The position numbers and the translations under genes were made by a program. 64,000 bases of DNA from Deltaproteobacteria bacterium (GTDB lineage Bacteria; Myxococcota; B64-G9): assembly GCA_016935365.1 (NCBI GenBank), contig JAFGRB010000138.1:712-64711 (forward strand), in the 5' to 3' direction. Positions 57,161-64,000 of the stretch are shown here, in pieces (the stretch's first letter is position 1; each line of letters opens with the position of its first letter). The notes beneath the pieces are model-generated. The model made no database searches and had not been told where the DNA came from. It saw only the letters and a program-made list of their open reading frames with translations.

Positions 57161-60100
57161 ATGAAAATCCTGCTCAGCCTCTTCGTCCTGGCCCTCTGCC
57201 CCGCGCTCGCTTGGGCCCAGGTCACGGTCCACTCCCAGCCCTTCGAGGGCATGTCTCCCTGGAGCGAGTTCCACCCCTCGGAGACGACCGCGGACTGGTC
57301 GATCGAGAGCTCGGGCAGCAACCCGAGCTGCTCGCCTCACCAGGGCAGCCACATGGTGATGTTCAACTCGTACTCCGCCGACTCGGGAGACGAGGCCCGC
57401 ATCAGCTCCCCGGCGCTGGACCTGACCGGCGCCCAGGTGGCCGAGTGCCGCATGTGGATGTACCACGACACGGGCGACAGCTCGCGCGAGGACCGGGTGC
57501 GCTTCCAGGTCTCGACCGACGGCGGCGACAGCTACTCGAGCACGGTCGAGTTCGTCCGCACGGCCGGCAGCGGCTGGGTCGAGGAGGTCGCCCAGCTCGG
57601 CTACTACACGGGCCGGAGCGACCTGCGCATCGCGCTCCGCGGCCTGAGCCGCTACGGGAACAACATCTTCATCGATGACCTGCGGGTCATCAAGGACACG
57701 CTGCCCGCGGGCGCCGAGGGCGCGAACTGCTCGGGTGGTACGGACTGCGACAGCGGGATCTGCGGCCAGGACCCGGACGGCCAGGGGCGCTGCCGCGCGT
57801 CCGGCACGGTCTGCATCGACGGCAATCGCCGGCCGGTGCCGCAGGGCTTCGCGGGCTGCCACGGCCCGGACGTGGCGCGCTGCAACGGCACGGACAGCTG
57901 GCAGCTGACCTCCTGCTACGACGACTGCGAGGCATACAGCGACGTGCACAGCTGCGATCTGGGCAGCTGCGCCGAGTGCAAGACCATCTGCGTGGATCTC
58001 GGCTTCATCGTCGAGGGCTGCGACGAGGACGCCTACTGCGAGGGGCTGTTCATCGGCCAGTGCTACCGCAAGAAGCAGAACCAGCAGTCGTGCGACTACG
58101 ACGGACAATGCCTGTCGGACAACTGCGTCGCGGCCCCGGGCGGGGCGACCTACTGCGCGCCGGCCGGCACGGACTGCGTGGACGCCACGGGCGCCCCGGT
58201 CTCCCGCGGGACCGCGGTCTGCGAGTCTGCCGACCTGTGGACCTGCGGCGCCGGCGGCTGGACCAACCGGGACTGCTACACCAACTGCGGCTTCTACCTG
58301 GACGTGGACAGCTGCACGGGCGGGGCCTGCGCGACCTGCGCTGCGAGCTGCAACGGCGATCAGGACTGCAAGCCGGGCATCCTGTGCATCGATCACGAGT
58401 GCGCCGGCGATCTGCCGAACGGCTCGACCTGCCAGCTCGACGATCAGTGCGCGAGCTCGCACTGCGTGGACGGGCGCTGCTGCCAGGACATCTGCACCGC
58501 CCCCTGCCACCGCTGCGACATCGACGCGACCGGCGTCTGCCGGCCCGTGCCGGCGGGCCAGGATCCGGACGGCGAGTGCGCGGGCCAGGCGGGCTGCGCG
58601 GGCGCCTGCAACGGCTCGAGCGCGTGCGCCTTCCCGGGCCAGGATACCGTCTGCGCAGTCTGCACGCGCTGCAACGGCGCCGGGAGCTGCTCGGTGCCGG
58701 TCGCGGCCCAGACGGATCCGCTCGACGAGTGCCCCGCTTGTCAGGCCTGCAACGGCTCGGGCGCCTGCGCGGCGGTCGCGGCGGGCACGGATCCGCTCGA
58801 CGACTGCAGCCAGACGCCGGTCGAGACCTGCGGCCTCTCCGGCGACTGCGACGGCCAGGGGGCCTGCAGCTTCTGGCCGGCGGGCAGCGAGTGCGGGCCG
58901 GGCCACTGCAGCGACGGCGTCGAGGAGGTGGCCGACAGCTGCGATGGGGCCGGGCGCTGCGCAGACGGGGGAACCCGGAGCTGCGCGCCGTACCGCTGCG
59001 CGGACGCCCTGCACTGCGCTACGGCCTGCAGATCGCACGCCGATTGCAGCGCCCAGTCCTACTGCAGCCTGGGCGCCACCTGCGAGGTGGACCTGTCCGA
59101 CGGCGCCCGCTGCGACGGCGTGGTGCTTTCCGGGCTCGCGCCCGAGGCGGCCTGCCGGGGAGGCTACTGCTTCACGGACGACTTCGACGACTCGGGCGCG
59201 TACTGCGCCTCGGACCCGGCCTGCTGCGTGCACGACGGGACCGCATACGGCGCCGGCTATGCGCTCTGCTCGCCCGAGGGCTGGTACAGGGTATGCATCG
59301 GCGGCGCCCAGGCCTGGGGCGAGCGGGTGGAATGCGGCCAGGGCGAGTGCGACGCGGGCGGCGGCCCGGACTCGGGCTTTCGCACGTCCGGCGGCTGCGC
59401 GAGCGGCCCGGGCGGCGGCTGCAGCGCGACCTGCACGTCTTGCGAGCCGTACCGTTCGAACGCCGCGGGCTGCCTGGACTCCTGCAGCTCGGAGGCCCAG
59501 TGCTGGGACGGCTACGAGTGCCGAGAGGGCCAGTGCGATCTGCCCGAGGGGATCGGGGAGCCCTGCGAGACCCAGGCCGACTGCACGGCCGGCACCTGCA
59601 TGGACGGACGCTGCTGCAACGAAGCCTGCACGGGGCCATGCCGGCAGTGCAACCTGCCGGGCCGCGAGGGCCTGTGCTCCTATACGGCCGCGGGCTCGGA
59701 TCCGGACGGAGACTGCGAGCCCGAGGCCACGGCGAGCTGCGGCCGGACCGGCGAGTGCGATGGCGGGGGGGCCTGTGCGCTCTGGCCGGCGGGCGAGCCC
59801 TGCGCCGAGGCGCACTGCGAGGGCGGCGTGCTCATGAGCGCCTCGTCCTGCGACGGGCTGGGCCAGTGCGCGGCCGGATCCGAGACCGACTGCCGGCCGG
59901 GCCGCTGCGAGCAGGGCGCCTGCTCGAGCGGTTGCAGCGCGCATGCCGACTGCGATCCGTCCGGCTTCTGCGGGCTCGACGGGCTCTGCCTGGCCGATCT
60001 GACCGACGGGTCGAGCTGCGATAGCGCGGTGCTCTCCGGGCTGGCGCGCGATCCGGCCTGCCTGGGCGGCTTCTGCCTGGACGACGGCTGGAGCGGCGTT

Positions 60101-61261
60101 GGCGCCTACTGCGCCCCGGCCGTCGACGCCTGCGTGGCCGAGGGCGAGGTCTACGGCCCGGGCGAGGTGCGCTGCAGCGGCGATGACTGGTACCGGATCT
60201 GCGTGGGGGGGGAGTACGGCTGGGGCCCCGAGGTCGAGTGTGAGCCGCCTGCCGTGTGCGACGCGGGCGGCGGCAGCGCCAGCGGGGTGAGCGCGGCCGA
60301 GACCTGCCGCTCCGGCCGGCCGGGCGGCTGCGGCGCGGCCTGCGAGACCTGCTACCCCTACCGGGCTGCCGGGCCCGGGGAGTGCGCCGCAGGCTGCCAG
60401 GACACCACCGACTGCTGGCCGGGACACGGCTGCGCGGGCGGCGTGTGCACGCCCGAGGCGGGCCTGGGCAGCCCATGCGGGAGCGCGGCGGACTGTGCGG
60501 CCGGGCAGAGCTGCGCGGACGACGTGTGCTGCAACCGGATCTGCGACGCACCCTGCGAGCGCTGCGATCTGCCCTCGGCGCTCGGCGTCTGCGTCTATGC
60601 CGCGGCCGGCACCGATCCGCGGGACGCCTGCGAGCCCGAACAGACGCCCTGCGGGCAGACCGGCACCTGCGCGGGCAGTGCCGATTGCGCCCTGGATGCA
60701 CAGGGCGTGGAGTGCAGCCCGCAGAGCTGCGAGGGCGGGGTCAAGACCTCGGCCGGCCTGTGCGACGGCCTGGGGGACTGCCAGCCTGGACGCCAGCACG
60801 TCTGCCCCTCGGGCCGCTGCGAGCAGGACCGCTGCGCCGCGTCCGCGCCCGACGGGGGCGTGCCCGACGCGGGCTTCACCGGCCTGAGCGCCGAGGCCGG
60901 GCCGACCCAGCGGGTCCGACCCGGCGAGACGGTCGAGCTCGACGGCAGCCTGAGCCGGGGGTCCGAGACGCTGGCCTTCTTCTGGACGCAGAGCTCGGGG
61001 CCCGAGGAGGTGGCGCTCTCGGGCGCGACCACCTCCCGGCCGTCCTTCACGCCGGCGCTCGAGGGCGTCTACGTCTTCGAGCTCGTGGTCTCGGACGGGC
61101 AGGACGAGAGCGATCCCGACTTCACCGAGGTCCACGTCACGACCGGGGCGGGCGGCTGCGGCTGCGGCTCGGGCAGCCCGGGCGGCCTGTGGATCCTTGT
61201 CTTGCTGGCCGCCGGCGCTTGCCTTCGCGCCGGGCGCCGGGAGGTCCAGGCGAGAGGATGA
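57161..61261 (+). CDS. Large Cys-rich surface protein: N-terminal MAM/adhesin-like jelly-roll, Cys-rich repeats, PKD-like domain, MYXO-CTERM tag
   Basis: Signal peptide ..AWA; ARISSPALDL..QVSTDGG..IFIDDL; repeated CC..C..PC..C..G.DP..C blocks; AEAGPTQ..VELDGS..WTQSSGP..YVFELVVSDG; GGCGCGSG + hydrophobic stretch + RR. Confidence 0.9.
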   Translation: MKILLSLFVLALCPALAWAQVTVHSQPFEGMSPWSEFHPSETTADWSIESSGSNPSCSPHQGSHMVMFNSYSADSGDEARISSPALDLTGAQVAECRMWMYHDTGDSSREDRVRFQVSTDGGDSYSSTVEFVRTAGSGWVEEVAQLGYYTGRSDLRIALRGLSRYGNNIFIDDLRVIKDTLPAGAEGANCSGGTDCDSGICGQDPDGQGRCRASGTVCIDGNRRPVPQGFAGCHGPDVARCNGTDSWQLTSCYDDCEAYSDVHSCDLGSCAECKTICVDLGFIVEGCDEDAYCEGLFIGQCYRKKQNQQSCDYDGQCLSDNCVAAPGGATYCAPAGTDCVDATGAPVSRGTAVCESADLWTCGAGGWTNRDCYTNCGFYLDVDSCTGGACATCAASCNGDQDCKPGILCIDHECAGDLPNGSTCQLDDQCASSHCVDGRCCQDICTAPCHRCDIDATGVCRPVPAGQDPDGECAGQAGCAGACNGSSACAFPGQDTVCAVCTRCNGAGSCSVPVAAQTDPLDECPACQACNGSGACAAVAAGTDPLDDCSQTPVETCGLSGDCDGQGACSFWPAGSECGPGHCSDGVEEVADSCDGAGRCADGGTRSCAPYRCADALHCATACRSHADCSAQSYCSLGATCEVDLSDGARCDGVVLSGLAPEAACRGGYCFTDDFDDSGAYCASDPACCVHDGTAYGAGYALCSPEGWYRVCIGGAQAWGERVECGQGECDAGGGPDSGFRTSGGCASGPGGGCSATCTSCEPYRSNAAGCLDSCSSEAQCWDGYECREGQCDLPEGIGEPCETQADCTAGTCMDGRCCNEACTGPCRQCNLPGREGLCSYTAAGSDPDGDCEPEATASCGRTGECDGGGACALWPAGEPCAEAHCEGGVLMSASSCDGLGQCAAGSETDCRPGRCEQGACSSGCSAHADCDPSGFCGLDGLCLADLTDGSSCDSAVLSGLARDPACLGGFCLDDGWSGVGAYCAPAVDACVAEGEVYGPGEVRCSGDDWYRICVGGEYGWGPEVECEPPAVCDAGGGSASGVSAAETCRSGRPGGCGAACETCYPYRAAGPGECAAGCQDTTDCWPGHGCAGGVCTPEAGLGSPCGSAADCAAGQSCADDVCCNRICDAPCERCDLPSALGVCVYAAAGTDPRDACEPEQTPCGQTGTCAGSADCALDAQGVECSPQSCEGGVKTSAGLCDGLGDCQPGRQHVCPSGRCEQDRCAASAPDGGVPDAGFTGLSAEAGPTQRVRPGETVELDGSLSRGSETLAFFWTQSSGPEEVALSGATTSRPSFTPALEGVYVFELVVSDGQDESDPDFTEVHVTTGAGGCGCGSGSPGGLWILVLLAAGACLRAGRREVQARG

Positions 61262-62715
61262 GGCCAGCCGAACACCTGCCGCACATCGCGCTCGCGTGGC
61301 TGCTCGCCTGCCTGGCCTGCGCCTGCGGGGACGATGTGCAGGGCGAGCTGCACCTGCTGGTCGTGCCGCTGCACGCCGGGCGCAACCCGTCCCAGGACCC
61401 CTTCCAGCTCGTGGACGAGGTCGAGATCGGGCTGACCGCTGACGACGGGACCTACACCGCGCTGGGCGCGGACGCGCCCGGCTCGCGCTTCGGCCCCGGC
61501 CTGGTGAGCCCCGGCGCGCAGGGCGCGCCCACGCTGATCGGTCGCAACGAGCGCGAGCGGGTGGTCTCGCTGGGCTTCGGTCCAGGCCTGGCGCTCACGA
61601 GCGGTCTGGACGCCTGGGTCTCGGTGCCCTTTGCCCGGGTCGATCACGCGGTGGCGACGCGCGTCCACCCGGCCGAGATCGGCCTGGAGGATCTCTTCGC
61701 GGGCCGTCCGCCGGCGCTGCGCCTGGACGGGGCCAACCTGGAGACGGGCTCGCTCGACGGCCAGGGGGATGCGGCCGCGCTGGTCTGGCTCCTGTGGACC
61801 GACGACGCGCTGTGGGTGCAGGCGCGGGTGCGCGACGAGGACGTGCAGGACGGCGTGGACGGGCTCGCCGTCTTCGACGCGCAGCACGCGAGCGGCGTCC
61901 GGATCGCGGCCGGCGGTGCGGTCGATCCGGCGGGCGCGGTCGAGGCCGTGGAGTCGGAGCGCCTGGCGGGCGGCTACCGGCTTCGCTTCCGCATGCCGCT
62001 GGAGGCGGCCGCCAAGAACGGGAAGCTGGCGTTCGATCTGCGCCTGGTGGACGTGGACGCGGGCAGCGGGCCGACCTGGCTGACCTGGGCCTTCGATCCG
62101 CGCAGGCAGGGGGACCTGCCCTTGCCGGACGAGTACGGCCAGCTGGTGCTCGGCGCCCCGCTGCTCGACCTGATGACGCGCGAGTCTGGCACCTGCGGCG
62201 ACGGCGGCCCGCGGGCGGACATCCCCGGGCCGGACGGCGTGGCCGTGCTCCAGGGCGGCTGGGACGAGGCGGGCCTCGGCCTGTGCCTCGAGATCCCGGA
62301 CGACGACGTGCAGCTGGAGGGCGGCGAGGTGGACCGGGTCGAGCTGTATTTCGATCTGGCCAACGGCGGTGCGCCCGTGGCCGAGCCCTTCCGCTTCCAC
62401 CGGCTCGAGGTGACGGCCGGGGGGCTCTCGCGCTTCGGAAGCGGCGCGGATCCCGCCGCCCTCTCGGACGGCGCCTACACGGGCAGCGCCCAGGCCACCC
62501 GCCACGCGGCGGGCTACCGGATCGAGGCGGACCTGCCCTGGAGCGATCTGCAGGTGCTCGGCGACGTGGGGCAGCGGGGCTGGTTCCTGGGCCTCGAGAT
62601 CCGGGTCTTCGACGTGGACCAGGGCGGCCGGGCGGAGTGGTCATGGTCGGGCCGCGAGGAGCTGGCCCCCGCGAGCTGGAGCGAGATCCGGCTGTTCTCG
62701 GATCCGGCGAGGTGA
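61258..62715 (+). CDS. Lipoprotein with two CBM9/DOMON-like sugar-binding-type domains
   Basis: Lipobox LACAC; LLWTDDALWVQARVRD, GGYRLRFRMP, FDLRLVDVD and a second unit GWDEAGL..DRVELYFD..YRIEADLPW; ATGA overlap. Confidence 0.72.
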   Translation: MRPAEHLPHIALAWLLACLACACGDDVQGELHLLVVPLHAGRNPSQDPFQLVDEVEIGLTADDGTYTALGADAPGSRFGPGLVSPGAQGAPTLIGRNERERVVSLGFGPGLALTSGLDAWVSVPFARVDHAVATRVHPAEIGLEDLFAGRPPALRLDGANLETGSLDGQGDAAALVWLLWTDDALWVQARVRDEDVQDGVDGLAVFDAQHASGVRIAAGGAVDPAGAVEAVESERLAGGYRLRFRMPLEAAAKNGKLAFDLRLVDVDAGSGPTWLTWAFDPRRQGDLPLPDEYGQLVLGAPLLDLMTRESGTCGDGGPRADIPGPDGVAVLQGGWDEAGLGLCLEIPDDDVQLEGGEVDRVELYFDLANGGAPVAEPFRFHRLEVTAGGLSRFGSGADPAALSDGAYTGSAQATRHAAGYRIEADLPWSDLQVLGDVGQRGWFLGLEIRVFDVDQGGRAEWSWSGREELAPASWSEIRLFSDPAR

Positions 62716-62718
62716 GAC

Positions 62719-63975
62719 GTGGCGCGCGTGTGGGGAACTGTCTTTCTGTGTGCGGCCTGCCTGGCCCCCCGGTCGGTCATGGCAGCCCGCCTGGCCGTGC
62801 TCACGGTCGGAGGCCCGGCCGACGCCGAGACGCAGCGGGTGGGGGCCGAGTACCGCGAGCGGCTCCTCCGGGCGCTCGCCGGGCTGCCGGGCGTCGAGCT
62901 CGCGGGCGAGGAGGCGATCGGGGCCTACTTCGCGGAGCCTTCCGATCCGGCCGCTGCGTGCATGGAGGCCGAGGCGCGGGAGCGGCTCGCGCAGGGGCAG
63001 CGCTGGGCCGGCAGGCTCAAGCCGCAAAAAGCGATCGAGGACCTGAAGGAGGCGCTGCGGGTGGCGCAGGCCGTCTTCCCGCACCCGGGCAGCCTGGCGC
63101 TGCTGGCCGAGATCCATCTCCAGCTCGGCCTGACCCACCACGCCCTGGGCCAGCAGGCGGCCGCGGACGAGGCCTTCGAGACGGTCCTGCTGCTCGAGCC
63201 CGAGCGCCAGCTCGACGAGACCGTGGTCAACCCGCTGGCGGTCGAGCGCTTCGAGCAGGTGCGGCAGGGCTTGCTGCGCTCCATGAAGGGCTCCGCGTCT
63301 CTGATCTCGCGCCCGCCCGGAGCCCGGGCCTCGGTCGACGGCCGGGATGCGGGCAGCGCGCCGGTGACCATCCCGGACCTGCTGCCCGGCAAGCACTACT
63401 TCACGCTGCGCCTGGAGGGCTACCGGACCTGGTCCGGCGTGCTGGAGGTGGAGCCGGGCCGGGTGGCCCGGCAGGAGGTCTTCCTGGCCGAGGGGCGGAG
63501 CATGCAGCGCGTGCGCCTGCTCTCGCGCCTGGGCGCGGGCGGCCTGGGAAGCGCCAGCGCCGCGGACGCCGAGGCCCTGCGGGCCGGCCTGGATGTCGAG
63601 GGCTTGGTGCTGCTGCGCGTGCTGTCGGCCGCGGGGCGCGCGATGATCGAGCCGGCCATCTACGTCCGGGGCGGGCCGCGGATCGATCCGCTGGGCGTCT
63701 TCGCCGCGGAGCAGGCGCCGGCCGCGCTGGCGGAGCGCGTCCGGCGCTACCTGGCCGGCGAGCGCGCCTCGCTGGCCGGGCTCGTGCAGCCGCCCGGCGG
63801 CGGTGCGCCTGGAGGGCTGCCGCCCCCAGAGGAGGTACCGCCGCCCGGCCCGGCCTGGTACGAGCGCTGGTGGGTCTGGACCATCGCGGGCGTGGTCGTG
63901 GCCGGCGCCGTGGCCACAGGCACCGCGCTCGCGCTCAGCCGGGACAGCGGGCTCAGGGTGGACGTGATCCGCTGA
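62719..63975 (+). CDS. PEGA-domain protein with C-terminal membrane anchor
   Basis: SRPPGARASVDG..G.APVTI..L.PGKH..LRLEGY; TPR-like helices; PAWYERWWVWTIAGVVVAGAV tail typical of myxobacterial proteins. Confidence 0.88.
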   Translation: MARVWGTVFLCAACLAPRSVMAARLAVLTVGGPADAETQRVGAEYRERLLRALAGLPGVELAGEEAIGAYFAEPSDPAAACMEAEARERLAQGQRWAGRLKPQKAIEDLKEALRVAQAVFPHPGSLALLAEIHLQLGLTHHALGQQAAADEAFETVLLLEPERQLDETVVNPLAVERFEQVRQGLLRSMKGSASLISRPPGARASVDGRDAGSAPVTIPDLLPGKHYFTLRLEGYRTWSGVLEVEPGRVARQEVFLAEGRSMQRVRLLSRLGAGGLGSASAADAEALRAGLDVEGLVLLRVLSAAGRAMIEPAIYVRGGPRIDPLGVFAAEQAPAALAERVRRYLAGERASLAGLVQPPGGGAPGGLPPPEEVPPPGPAWYERWWVWTIAGVVVAGAVATGTALALSRDSGLRVDVIR

Positions 63976-64000
63976 GCTGCCGGGTCTTTCTACGCCGGCT

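Noticed and set aside
57134-61135. 1333-aa minus-strand ORF (also 25587-27608, 28663-30822, 38833-41127, 18060-20117 and similar)
   Set aside because: Antisense shadows of well-supported genes, expected in high-GC DNA; no recognisable motifs

Overview
GC-rich, gene-dense chromosomal window, most likely from a Myxococcota-like bacterium (group-1 MglA/MglB, Agl-Glt-type genes, a MYXO-CTERM protein, many Cys-rich lipoproteins) that also has anaerobic-type ferredoxin metabolism. In order: a Ser/Thr kinase-nSTAND-WD40 gene; a tandemly duplicated [Cys-rich lipoprotein + FadL-family barrel] cassette; a PAS/GAF histidine kinase; a lipoprotein-glycerol-1-phosphate dehydrogenase-DedA-sensorless kinase-pssA block; a porCDAB operon running into an HydCBA/BfuCBA-like module with no catalytic domain; a ~23.6 kb same-strand locus with mglBA, a TPR/Glt-like core and its own ExbB-ExbD-ExbD-TonB-type motor, an FG-GAP/Ig protein, and a beta-barrel plus short OPX polysaccharide exporter with amino-sugar genes; REP-like palindrome clusters; obgE-rpmA-rplU, mtnA, a crotonase, glmU; and a large Cys-rich MYXO-CTERM surface protein operon. 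No rRNA, tRNA, CRISPR array or transposase was recognised. All calls come from motifs read by eye, with no database searches. Best candidates for undescribed systems: the polarity+motor+polysaccharide-export locus (including an ExbD lacking the essential Asp), the duplicated lipoprotein-FadL pair with an internal terminator, and the Por-Bfu operon.
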